DNA from: Sedimentibacter sp.
Lineage (GTDB): Bacteria > Bacillota > Clostridia > Tissierellales > Sedimentibacteraceae
Length of the DNA stretch: 64,000 nucleotides
Assembly (NCBI GenBank): GCA_032059885.1
Contig: DAMBZP010000008.1
Location: 54,961 to 118,960 of the forward strand
Direction of reading: 5' to 3'
In this document: positions 1 to 8,777 of the stretch, in pieces
Layout of the letters: the number at the start of each line of letters is the position of its first letter
How positions within the stretch are numbered: position 1 is the stretch's first letter
Translations under genes and position numbers: made by a program
The notes under the pieces: model-generated
The model's input: the letters and a program-made list of their open reading frames with translations, nothing else
What the model was told of the DNA's origin: nothing
Databases searched by the model: none

Positions 1-1221
1 CTTTAACCTGTTAAATTCTCCGGCATAGTCGTTTTTTAAATTCATTACTAAATTTCCTTCGGCTATTTCGTTTAATACATTTACGCTTTCGTCTATGTAT
101 TTTATATAAGATTTCAGCCTTAATGTCAAGCTTTCAATTGATTTAGCCAAATCACCTATTTCATCATTGCTTTTAACATCTATACTTACATCAAGCTCTC
201 CCTGTGCAAGCTTATCAGTTATACCCGTTATGTTCTTGATAGGTTTTGTCATTCTGCTTATCAATACTGCTAAAACAACCAGAAGAGAAACCAAAACAAA
301 TATGAATACCGTTATGATTGCCATTATGAGCTGCCTTGTATCAGCTGTAAATTCAGTCTTAGGCAGAGATGACATAATACTCCAGCCTGTATCTCCTATT
401 TGTATGCTGTTTCCTAAACAAGTTTCACCGTTAAATTTATATTCAGCCACATTTTCATCATTGTTGGTCACAGACTGCACCATATCAGAACTTATGTCTG
501 TATCACCGATTGGTTTCAGCAGCATATCTTCATTCTTGTTCGCAGCTACAACATTATTTTTTGTAAGCAATGTAAAATAACCATCACTTCCCAGTTCATA
601 CCCATTAACCATATCAGTCAGTTTTTCAATGGATATATCAACCGCAGCAAGTCCCACTATTTTTCCGTTTGCAGATACAGGAGCCGAAATTGTAATTACT
701 ACGCCTCCTGTAATTGCATCAACATATGGGTCTGTAATACATATTCTGTTTTCGGTAACAGCCTTATAGTATTCCTTGGAACTGACATCATAGTTAGATT
801 TTGATATTACGGTGGGAGACACAATGTAGTAGTCACTCTCTGCTATATAGGCAGAAAGTATTACCTCTGGGTCAGCCTTTTGTATATCCTCGGTTGTTTT
901 AGCTGCCCTTGCAAAGCCCTCTGTCTGGAGCAATGTGCTGTAGCCGTCGGCTTTTATCATAAAATCCTGAAGGTTTTTATCCTGAGCCATCTGTTCCACA
1001 ACTGAAATATACCTTTCAAAAAAAGCTTCCGCTTTATTGCTAACGCTCTGAGTTGTTTCGTATAATATTGTTTTCTCATTCTCGGTAAACCGTCTATTGA
1101 TGGTTGTACCTATTATTATTCCTGTAACAAGCAAGGCTATGAAGCAAATTACAAACAATGTTAACGTTATCTTACTGGTTATACTCTTTATTCCTTTTTT
1201 CTTTTTTACAGTATTGTTCAT
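1..1221 (-). CDS. methyl-accepting chemotaxis protein, N-terminal part (C-terminus lies beyond the left window edge)
   Basis: Not in the ORF track because it runs off the edge. My reverse-strand translation from ATG at 1219-1221 gives MNNTVKKKKGIKSITSKITLTLFVICFIALLVTG... It shows TM1, a Cache-like extracellular region, TM2 (LIMAIITVFIFVLVSLLVVLAVLI) and a HAMP-like segment (RMTKPIKNITGITDKLAQGELDVSIDVKSNDEIGDLAKSIESL). The frame stays open to position 1. Confidence 0.8.
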   Translation of the reverse strand, partial: MNNTVKKKKGIKSITSKITLTLFVICFIALLVTGIIIGTTINRRFTENEKTILYETTQSVSNKAEAFFERYISVVEQMAQDKNLQDFMIKADGYSTLLQTEGFARAAKTTEDIQKADPEVILSAYIAESDYYIVSPTVISKSNYDVSSKEYYKAVTENRICITDPYVDAITGGVVITISAPVSANGKIVGLAAVDISIEKLTDMVNGYELGSDGYFTLLTKNNVVAANKNEDMLLKPIGDTDISSDMVQSVTNNDENVAEYKFNGETCLGNSIQIGDTGWSIMSSLPKTEFTADTRQLIMAIITVFIFVLVSLLVVLAVLISRMTKPIKNITGITDKLAQGELDVSIDVKSNDEIGDLAKSIESLTLRLKSYIKYIDESVNVLNEIAEGNLVMNLKNDYAGEFNRLK

Positions 1222-1273
1222 AATTTTTTCTCTCTTTCATTATTATAATTTATTATAATTTTTGTTGTTTATA

Positions 1274-1293
1274 GCGGACCCGTCAGGGCCCGC
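1274..1293 (-). terminator. GC-rich stem-loop 3 nt after the stop of the 1297-1662 gene; possible terminator of the fliD-fliS operon
   Basis: GCGGACCC-GTCA-GGGCCCGC. It forms 8 bp on the minus-strand RNA (one G-U). There is no clear U-tract on the minus strand. Confidence 0.45.
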
Positions 1294-1296
1294 TTA

Positions 1297-1662
1297 TTAT
1301 GCCTTTATATTCACCAGTCTTGCAGGGTCTTGCATTATGTCTAAATTTCCTTTTATGCTTTCCATTTCACTGCTTATATTTTTGCGGATTATGTTGTCCA
1401 TTTTGTAAATTTCATTAAATACTTCTCTTATTTCTTTTTTTAAACCCTTTGATACATCTGTTTCTTCGAAACTGCCTGTGAGTTCTTCAGACTTGTTTAT
1501 TTCTTCATTTATTTTATTAATTCTTTCTATATGACGCTGTCTGTTTCCAATCATCAAATTGGCTGTATTATATTCTATTTTAAGTGACAACTTCATTATC
1601 TCGTTTGTAAAGTTCCTTAACTCCAAAGCGGCTTCCAATTTATTTCTTAGCAATTCTTCCAT
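1297..1662 (-). CDS. small helical protein downstream of fliS; FliT/FlgN-like flagellar chaperone candidate
   Basis: 121 aa, coiled-coil-like composition. It occupies the fliT position of the Bacillus fliD-fliS-fliT order. No diagnostic motif. Confidence 0.4.
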   Translation of the reverse strand: MEELLRNKLEAALELRNFTNEIMKLSLKIEYNTANLMIGNRQRHIERINKINEEINKSEELTGSFEETDVSKGLKKEIREVFNEIYKMDNIIRKNISSEMESIKGNLDIMQDPARLVNIKA

Positions 1663-1671
1663 ACTTCACCG

Positions 1672-2049
1672 CTAATTCTTAGAAGCTCTGACTATTTTGT
1701 CGGCTTCCGCCCAAGTGTCTCTGAGCTCCTTTATCATTGGCAGTATATTATCTATATGCTCTTCAGATTTCAGTAAAGATGCTTTGACAATTTCACAGTT
1801 AAAAAACATATACATATCTGCAAGTTCCTGTGACATATCATATTTATCATCTAAGGTTAAGATGAGATGATTAAATATCTTTTTTGTCTTTTCAAGGATT
1901 ATCTTGGAATTTTCAAAATCACCGTTTTCCATTAAAAGCTTACTTTGGTTGAGTTTTTTAATTGCTTCATCAAACAGAAGGAGAAGGAGCTCAGCCTTTG
2001 TCATCGTATTTACTGATGTTTTTTTGTATTGCTCAAATTGATTCAACAT
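1672..2049 (-). CDS. fliS: flagellin-specific chaperone FliS
   Basis: 125 aa. N-terminus YKKTSVNTMTKAELLLLLFDEAIKKL and overall length are typical of FliS. It lies directly downstream of fliD. Confidence 0.9.
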   Translation of the reverse strand: MLNQFEQYKKTSVNTMTKAELLLLLFDEAIKKLNQSKLLMENGDFENSKIILEKTKKIFNHLILTLDDKYDMSQELADMYMFFNCEIVKASLLKSEEHIDNILPMIKELRDTWAEADKIVRASKN

Positions 2050-2064
2050 TTTTTATCCTCCGGC

Positions 2065-4476
2065 TTAATTTCCCATCATGTTGGTGAGCCATGAGCTTTG
2101 AGCGTTTAACTGGCTCAAGCTTTGCTCCAGAGCTGAAAATTGCTTCCAGTATCTTTCTTTTTCATTCTTGAGGGCTTTTTTCAGCTCATCCATTTTTTTA
2201 TCATAATCCTTTATTTTTTCCGAAATGTAGTTTTTATCTGCTGTCAACCCATTGTTCATTCCCGCTTCTTCTACGAGTAAACCCGAAGTTCCTGACATTC
2301 CAACATTTTTTATCAATATATCCCTGAGCTGTGAAGCAATACCGGGTGTCCCTCCTTCACTGCTGACTGCTCCGGAAAATAAATTAGCAACTTCCTCAGG
2401 GTTTTCAACCAGCTTTTGCTTAAATTTGTTTTCATCCAGCACAAGCTTTCCTGAAGTATCCATATATGCCGGAGAAATTCCTATTTGTGACAGAGTAAGA
2501 GTGCTGGTGCTGGTGGTTCCTCCCATTGCACCCCTTAATTCAGAAAGAACTCTCATCATTTTGGGATCACTGTACAACGAGCCTTTTTTTGCCTCCGTAG
2601 CCCAATCCTTTATCTCATCGTCCTTCATCTCGTCCATTTGGTCAGGAGTAAGCGGCTGGTAACTTCTGTTAGGTCTTTGTGTCGTACCGTTACCTATGAG
2701 TGTAATTATCTCGTTGTATTCATTAATAAAATTCTTAACTCTTTCAACAACCTCGTTAACATTGTTGGTAACGTCGAAGGTAACAGGAGTTTTATCAGCA
2801 TCAGTACCTAAACCCTGGGCATTTTTATTCAGTTCAAGACTTATATCATCAATTGTAAAGTTGGCTGTACTTCTTTTTATTGTTGTTTGAACACCGTTGA
2901 GAGTATAAGTCATTTCTGTGTCCTGACCGTTGTTTACATAATAACCTTTTTCACCATTTATAAAATATTCTTTCGTATTTTTGTTATATGTAACAGTCTT
3001 ATCGGCAACCTTACCCTCTTTGTCATATACTTCATAAGTAATTATGCCATCTTCCTCTTCAGCATTGTTTAAATATTCTCCCTCGCTTAGAACATTTTTA
3101 CTAAATAAGGCTTCAGCCAAATTTCCTCTGCCATCTTTTATATCTACTCTTTGATTCTCACCTGTATCTTTTGACACTGCACTGAATGTATCTGTTGTTG
3201 AAGAATATGTTACAGTAACGTCAGTTTCACTGTTGATTTTTTTAATAATGTCGTTAAGTGAAGAACCTTCTTTAATTTTCACCGATGTACCATTTACTAA
3301 TATTTCATACCCTTTAAATTCTTCCCCATTTTCATCAGTAAATGTCTGGCTTGTAAGTTTTAAACCCAGTCCTGCTCCTTCAATGGCAGCATCTTTTTTA
3401 ACTCTGTTCATATCACCGGATTTAAGACCTGTTAACTTTCCTAAATCTCTGCTAATTGAATTTATTTTTAAAATATTGTTATCTTCAGAAGTTGAAAAGG
3501 AAATTTTCTTAGGGTCATTTTCAGCGTAATTTACCACTACCTTTCCTTTTCCAAATTCTTTATCTAATTGTTCCTGCAGATGTTGACCTAATTCTTTAAT
3601 ATTACTTATTCCCAAACCTAATCCGATTTTCTTAACAGAACCGTTATAATTAAATGTTATATATTCTTCATTTTTAGCATTATTTAATATGCTTGCCTGA
3701 CTCCTTACCAAATCAGTTTCTGATATAGTATCTGTAGAAACTTTTCCTTTTTCCTCTCCGGTTTCCATTTTAAGCACATCTTTAAATTCAGTGCTTGCAG
3801 CAGATAGATATGCTCCACCGGATAAAGCAAGCTTACCGCTTTCTTCACCAAATTTAACCGTATCAGGTATTATAGGTGTTCCATCTTTGTCTTTAATAGA
3901 TCCAAGCTGATTGTTAAGTTCTGCTATGACATTGGAAAGATTTTGCTCCTTATCTTTAAACTCCTTGCTTATTGACAAACTATATGTCTTACCCTCATAT
4001 GTAATGCTGAATGTCTCTCCTGCAAGACGTGATATCTCACTGGGTATTTCATCAGATGTACTGAATTCAGAGCTTGATACCTTTTTACTGGAAGCAAAGC
4101 TTGCTGCTGATGCAACAGTTTTTATGCTGTCTATTTGAAAATTTTTTATGCTGTTGGCATTTCCTGTTATATTTACATAGCTTGATGAAGGTGTATATGT
4201 GTACGCATCAAAAAAGCTTGAACTCAGGATGTTTGTTTTTGAACCTGTTGAATATGACAGATATTTGTTGCTGAATGCCAGAAGCTTTGTGCTGACTTCC
4301 CTGTAGGCTTCCTGCCTGTATAATAATTTTTGTTTTGCCTGATATTGTCTGTTTATTTTGTTCTTTGTAGCGGCCGCCATTTGTTCTACCAGTTCGTCTG
4401 TGTCCAGACCTGACAGCAGTCCTCCTACTCCCTTTCCGGTTGAGGAACCGTATATACTGTTTGAAAGTATTGACAT
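2065..4476 (-). CDS. fliD: flagellar filament cap protein FliD (hook-associated protein 2), long form
   Basis: 803 aa. N-terminal GGLLSGLDTDELVEQMAAATKNKINRQYQAKQKLLYRQEAY and C-terminal coiled coil (RYWKQFSALEQSLSQLNAQSSWL) are FliD hallmarks. Confidence 0.9.
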   Translation of the reverse strand: MSILSNSIYGSSTGKGVGGLLSGLDTDELVEQMAAATKNKINRQYQAKQKLLYRQEAYREVSTKLLAFSNKYLSYSTGSKTNILSSSFFDAYTYTPSSSYVNITGNANSIKNFQIDSIKTVASAASFASSKKVSSSEFSTSDEIPSEISRLAGETFSITYEGKTYSLSISKEFKDKEQNLSNVIAELNNQLGSIKDKDGTPIIPDTVKFGEESGKLALSGGAYLSAASTEFKDVLKMETGEEKGKVSTDTISETDLVRSQASILNNAKNEEYITFNYNGSVKKIGLGLGISNIKELGQHLQEQLDKEFGKGKVVVNYAENDPKKISFSTSEDNNILKINSISRDLGKLTGLKSGDMNRVKKDAAIEGAGLGLKLTSQTFTDENGEEFKGYEILVNGTSVKIKEGSSLNDIIKKINSETDVTVTYSSTTDTFSAVSKDTGENQRVDIKDGRGNLAEALFSKNVLSEGEYLNNAEEEDGIITYEVYDKEGKVADKTVTYNKNTKEYFINGEKGYYVNNGQDTEMTYTLNGVQTTIKRSTANFTIDDISLELNKNAQGLGTDADKTPVTFDVTNNVNEVVERVKNFINEYNEIITLIGNGTTQRPNRSYQPLTPDQMDEMKDDEIKDWATEAKKGSLYSDPKMMRVLSELRGAMGGTTSTSTLTLSQIGISPAYMDTSGKLVLDENKFKQKLVENPEEVANLFSGAVSSEGGTPGIASQLRDILIKNVGMSGTSGLLVEEAGMNNGLTADKNYISEKIKDYDKKMDELKKALKNEKERYWKQFSALEQSLSQLNAQSSWLTNMMGN

Positions 4477-4645
4477 TGTATTATCTCCTTTCCTGTTTAA
4501 AATTTTAAAATATAATTTAGCTGTTTATTGCTATTGTTACAGTGACATAGCTGTAATTTCGAAGATTCTTCATACTGTGCATTCAGAATGACAACATGCT
4601 GAAACTCTCATTTTGCAACGTTAATTGTTTGAACATCATTTGTAA

Positions 4646-5710
4646 CTATTTATTATTTAAATGCCTGATTAATATATCGGCAATATTTTCTATTGACGCC
4701 TGTACTTCTACAGCTCCTATGTTGTATGCAACCATTGGCATTCCATAAACCACAGAGGATTTTTCATCCTGACCGATGGTATATGCTCCTGATTTCTTCA
4801 TATTCATTAGCCCCTGAGCTCCATCCTTACCCATTCCCGTAAGAATAATTCCTACGGAATTTTTACCTGCTGCTTCGGCAACCGAATTGAAGAGCACATC
4901 CACCGACGGACAGTGTCCGCTTACCTTGTCACCCGCTCTGCACGTTACATAGTAGCCTTTTTCATCCTTTGAGAGCATCATATGCTTGTCTCCTGCCGCT
5001 ATTAGTGCGAGACCGTTTTCGACTCTGTCTCCGTCACGCGCCTCCCTTACTTCTATGGCGCATATTTTGTTCAGCCTGTCTGCATACATCTTTGTAAATC
5101 CTGCAGGCATATGTTGAGTCACTAGTATCCCCGGAGAATCCTCAGGCATGTCCTTCAATATTTTGAGAGTTGCCTCAGTCCCTCCTGTAGATGCTCCGAT
5201 TGCTATAATTTTTCTTGAGGATGCTTTAATCAGCATTCTTGGGCTTTTCCCAGCCTCTTTTCTGGCTGCTTCCTCCCTTGACATTTCTTCTTTTTTTACA
5301 CTTTTATATGTTACAAGTTTCGCAATTGATGCTATTTTTATTTTTGTTTTCAACTCTCTTATAAATGACGGCATATCATTTCCTAAAGACATATCAGGCT
5401 TTCTGACAAAATCCACCGCGCCTGCCTGCAGAGCATCGAATACACTGATGTTCAGAGAACTTACCAGAACCACCTTTATGGGAGTTTCCGACATAAGCTT
5501 TTTTAAAAATATGATGCCGTTCATTTTAGGCATTTCAACATCCAGGGTAATTATATCAGGTTTCAGTAATTTTATTTGCTCCATGGCATCCATCGGATCA
5601 ACAGCCGTACCTACTACATTTATATATGAATCATTGCTTAATTCACTTTTTAATATATTCCTGAACAACAGTGAATCATCAATGATTAACAGCTTAATTT
5701 TATCTATCAT
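4646..5710 (-). CDS. cheB: chemotaxis response regulator protein-glutamate methylesterase CheB
   Basis: 354 aa. N-terminal receiver domain (LLIIDDS...DVEMPKMNG) plus C-terminal methylesterase (IIAIGASTGGTEA, GKDGA). Confidence 0.95.
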   Translation of the reverse strand: MIDKIKLLIIDDSLLFRNILKSELSNDSYINVVGTAVDPMDAMEQIKLLKPDIITLDVEMPKMNGIIFLKKLMSETPIKVVLVSSLNISVFDALQAGAVDFVRKPDMSLGNDMPSFIRELKTKIKIASIAKLVTYKSVKKEEMSREEAARKEAGKSPRMLIKASSRKIIAIGASTGGTEATLKILKDMPEDSPGILVTQHMPAGFTKMYADRLNKICAIEVREARDGDRVENGLALIAAGDKHMMLSKDEKGYYVTCRAGDKVSGHCPSVDVLFNSVAEAAGKNSVGIILTGMGKDGAQGLMNMKKSGAYTIGQDEKSSVVYGMPMVAYNIGAVEVQASIENIADILIRHLNNK

Positions 5711-5711
5711 G

Positions 5712-6515
5712 TTACTCCTTTTTATAGATTGCCGGATTTACGTAAAGATACTTTGACTTATCTCTTTGTATTGTTTCTGCATGTCCAATCATCAGATAAC
5801 CTCCCGGTTTTGTTGCTTCATAGAATTTGCTTACTATGTTTGCCTTGGTTTCTGAGTTAAAATAAATCATGACATTTCTGCAGAATATAACATCATATTT
5901 ATTTTTGATAATTACCGGATCCATTAAATTAAATACTTTAAATGTAATGTGCTTTTTTATATCCGGAACTACATGGTACTTATCATTGACTTTTTCAAAA
6001 TATCTTTTTTTAAATGATTCAGGAAGATTTTTAATGGCATCTTCGGAATAAATTCCCTCACGGGCCTTTGTCAATACATTTTCGGATATATCCGTAGCAA
6101 ATATTTGAATTTTCCATTGATTTGCCGCAAATTTAAAATAATCATCAATTACCATTGCCAAAGTGTAGGGTTCTTCTCCGGAAGAGCAGCCTGCGCTCCA
6201 TATATTCAATATTTTTGTTCTGTTGTTTTTTTCTTCAAACGGAAGAAATATCTCCCTCAAGAATTTAAAGTGATTTTCTTCCCTGTAAAAATATGTATAG
6301 TTTGTGGTCAGCTTATTTATCAGCGTTATTATTTCATCCTTATTATTTCTTTTTACACTGTCAAGATACTGTCCAAAACTGCTCATACCTTTCTTTTCTA
6401 TTAAATTTGACAGCCGCCCTTCAATCAAAATCTTCTTTTTTGAAAGATCAATACCGTAATTCTTCTGCATATATCCAACAAATTCTAAAAATTCCTCATC
6501 TGTTAATTTTACCAT
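5712..6515 (-). CDS. cheR: chemotaxis protein methyltransferase CheR
   Basis: 267 aa. SAM-binding IWSAGCSSGEEPYTLAM and FCRNVMIYF motifs. Confidence 0.95.
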   Translation of the reverse strand: MVKLTDEEFLEFVGYMQKNYGIDLSKKKILIEGRLSNLIEKKGMSSFGQYLDSVKRNNKDEIITLINKLTTNYTYFYREENHFKFLREIFLPFEEKNNRTKILNIWSAGCSSGEEPYTLAMVIDDYFKFAANQWKIQIFATDISENVLTKAREGIYSEDAIKNLPESFKKRYFEKVNDKYHVVPDIKKHITFKVFNLMDPVIIKNKYDVIFCRNVMIYFNSETKANIVSKFYEATKPGGYLMIGHAETIQRDKSKYLYVNPAIYKKE

Positions 6516-6517
6516 GA

Positions 6518-8575
6518 CTACATACTTTCTATCAGATTTCCTATATCAAGGATTAAATTAATGCTTCCGTCTCCAAGTATGGAGCATCCGGAAATGCCTG
6601 CTTCTTTCAGATTATATTTGTTTAACATTGTAGGAAGCGGTTTTACAACTACCTGCTGCTCTCCTACAATCCTGTCTACAAACAAACAGATGCTGTTATC
6701 GCCCGATTCAACAAGTATCAATATTCCATCTTCAATATTTTTGACATCAGTCTTTATATTTAAATATTTATGGATTCTTACTATCGGATAACATTTTTCC
6801 CTGATTAAAATCATTTCACTTCCGTCAGTATTGTGTATAATTTCTTTTTCAGTCGTTTTAAATGACTGCTGTATGTTTTTAATTGGAATAATGAATTCAG
6901 AATCTCCGACAACCACCTGCATACCCGACACTATAGTAAGTGTGAGCGGAATTTTGAAGGTTATTGATGTTCCGGTTCCTTCGCTGCTTTCTAACACCAC
7001 ACTTCCGCCGACCTTCTCAACGTTTGATTTAACAACATCCATACCAACACCCCTGCCGGAGTATTCTGTTATTTTTTCATTGGTCGAAAATCCCGGAAGC
7101 ATGAGAAATTGATATATTTCTTTTGATGTATATTCGGCTTCGGGTTTTGTAAGCAGGTTCTTGGTTTTTGCTTTTTCAAGAATCTTTTTGGCTTCAAATC
7201 CCCTGCCGTCATCCTCCACAGTTATATGGATTTCTCCTCCTGTATTTGAGGCTGATAATCTAATGGTTCCCTTTCTGTCTTTTCCTGATTTAACTCTTTC
7301 TTCTTCTGTTTCTATTCCGTGATCCATTGCATTTCTTACGAGATGCATGATAGGGTCTGATATCCCATCAACAATAGTCTTGTCAATTTCCGTGTCTTCC
7401 CCTACAAGTATCAGCTCAACGTCCTTGTTTAATTCCTTGCCCATATCCCTGACTATTCTTTTCATCTTCTGGAATATACCGGACACAGGAACCATTCTGA
7501 GAGACATAACTATGTCCTGAAGCTCGTCAGTAAGCTTTCTCATCTGTCTGGTGGACTTTGTAAAGCTTTCTGAATTCAATTTTTTTATTTCGGCATCGGA
7601 TGCAACCATAGATTCTGATATTACAAGCTCTCCAACAATATTTACAAGCTTGTCAAGCTTGGAAAGGTTGACCGTTATAAGGTTTTGCTTGCTGTGCTTT
7701 GAGCTTGTATCAATCCTGGTAATTTTTGCTCCCTGGGTGTTCATATCACCTGAGCTTACATCTGCTTTTGCATTTATTGTTTTATCCGGTTCTGTCTGCG
7801 TCTGTTCTCCGTTATATTCTATAACGACATAATTTTTAACATTGAGCGCCTCCCTTACAACCCCCACGGCGGCATTCAATGATTCCTTGTCCTCAACGTA
7901 CACATAAAATCCTTCCTTAATGATTTCCTGCGCTGTTTCTCTGATGCTTTCCACATTCTCCGGTCTGTATGAAAAGTCAATACCTGTTTCATTCAGCTGA
8001 TTGACTAACATGTATGCTCTTAAGTTCTCCATGCCAATGTTATCGTCAAAAATAATCTTAATTGCATATTTATTTTTAAATTCCTGAATATCTTCTTCTG
8101 CTTCGGCACAGCTTTCCAGTACTGCTGCAGCCTGTGTAAGTGCTGCCTCCTCGTACGCGCCCTCCTGCTTCTTGCCTGATATTTCATTTAAAAAATCCAG
8201 TATTTCCTTTTCAAAAGGTTCAAGATTTTCCTCCAGATCCTGCCCTTCTTCTATCTTAGTGATTTCAGCTTTAATGAAATCAGTAAACTTGAACACCAGA
8301 TTTACAAGCTGTTCGTTATATGAACGATTTATTCCGTTTTCTCTTATATAATAAAACAAATCTTCAACCTTGTGGGAAATAGTCATAATGCTGTTAAACT
8401 GCATCATAGCAGATGAACCCTTAATCGTATGCATAATCCTGAATATTTCATCTATGCAATCTTTGTCAAAAGCCTGCTCGCTTTCAGCCTTTAATAAAAT
8501 ATCATCTAATTGTTCCAACAGTGAATTCGCTTCAAAAAGATACATGTCAAGTACCGAATCTAAATTATTATCCAT
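6518..8575 (-). CDS. cheA: chemotaxis histidine kinase CheA
   Basis: Contains an HPt motif (FRIMHTIKGSSAMM), an HATPase region (DDGRGF, GRGVGMDVV) and a C-terminal CheW-like domain. I prefer ATG at 8575, preceded by GGAGA with 5 nt spacing, over the ORF-track TTG at 8599. Confidence 0.95.
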   Translation of the reverse strand: MDNNLDSVLDMYLFEANSLLEQLDDILLKAESEQAFDKDCIDEIFRIMHTIKGSSAMMQFNSIMTISHKVEDLFYYIRENGINRSYNEQLVNLVFKFTDFIKAEITKIEEGQDLEENLEPFEKEILDFLNEISGKKQEGAYEEAALTQAAAVLESCAEAEEDIQEFKNKYAIKIIFDDNIGMENLRAYMLVNQLNETGIDFSYRPENVESIRETAQEIIKEGFYVYVEDKESLNAAVGVVREALNVKNYVVIEYNGEQTQTEPDKTINAKADVSSGDMNTQGAKITRIDTSSKHSKQNLITVNLSKLDKLVNIVGELVISESMVASDAEIKKLNSESFTKSTRQMRKLTDELQDIVMSLRMVPVSGIFQKMKRIVRDMGKELNKDVELILVGEDTEIDKTIVDGISDPIMHLVRNAMDHGIETEEERVKSGKDRKGTIRLSASNTGGEIHITVEDDGRGFEAKKILEKAKTKNLLTKPEAEYTSKEIYQFLMLPGFSTNEKITEYSGRGVGMDVVKSNVEKVGGSVVLESSEGTGTSITFKIPLTLTIVSGMQVVVGDSEFIIPIKNIQQSFKTTEKEIIHNTDGSEMILIREKCYPIVRIHKYLNIKTDVKNIEDGILILVESGDNSICLFVDRIVGEQQVVVKPLPTMLNKYNLKEAGISGCSILGDGSINLILDIGNLIESM

Positions 8576-8615
8576 ATAAATCTCCTTATTCAAGTTCAAG
8601 CCTTTATTACAGTCT

Positions 8616-8643
8616 ATATCGGCAGTTTTTATAAATTGTTAAG
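8616..8643 (-). promoter_or_regulatory. sigma-28 (SigD/FliA)-type promoter upstream of cheA
   Basis: Minus strand reads CTTAA-N15-GCCGATAT. The -10 box lies about 40 nt upstream of the cheA ATG. The Bacillus SigD consensus is TAAA-N15-GCCGATAT. Confidence 0.55.
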
Positions 8644-8680
8644 CAGTAGGGAGAATTTTTTTATTTTTTCTCATTTAATA

Positions 8681-8709
8681 CTTAATTTAAATCATAATTT
8701 TGCCGATAT
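8681..8709 (+). promoter_or_regulatory. sigma-28 (SigD/FliA)-type promoter upstream of the plus-strand operon
   Basis: Plus strand reads CTTAAT-N15-GCCGATAT, with an exact -10 octamer at 8702-8709. It lies 68 nt upstream of the ATG at 8778 and is divergent from the cheA promoter. Confidence 0.55.
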
Positions 8710-8777
8710 AATAACTGAATAGGTTTAATTATCTTAATTTTTATGGTATAATTAATATCATACTTGCAGGAGCTACT

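Noticed and set aside
4674-4681. Exact GCCGATAT octamer on the minus strand inside the 3' end of cheB, about 200 nt upstream of fliD. It could be a SigD promoter for fliD.
   Set aside because: No TAAA/TTAA-like -35 lies at 15-16 nt (the sequence there is GGCG). The octamer simply encodes IADI of CheB. I kept it only as a weak possibility. I found no convincing promoter in the 4477-4645 gap.
8576-8599. Longer N-terminal extensions used by the ORF track with TTG/GTG starts. They affect cheA (8599), the actin-like ATPase (10464), fliK (33192), flgN (44427), cheW (47567), the ComFB-like gene (48112), ygfJ (50373) and ygfK-like (60761).
   Set aside because: In each case an internal ATG or GTG has a properly spaced GGAGG-like RBS. 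The extension would also overlap the upstream gene, an RBS or a stem-loop, so I used the shorter models. None is experimentally verified.
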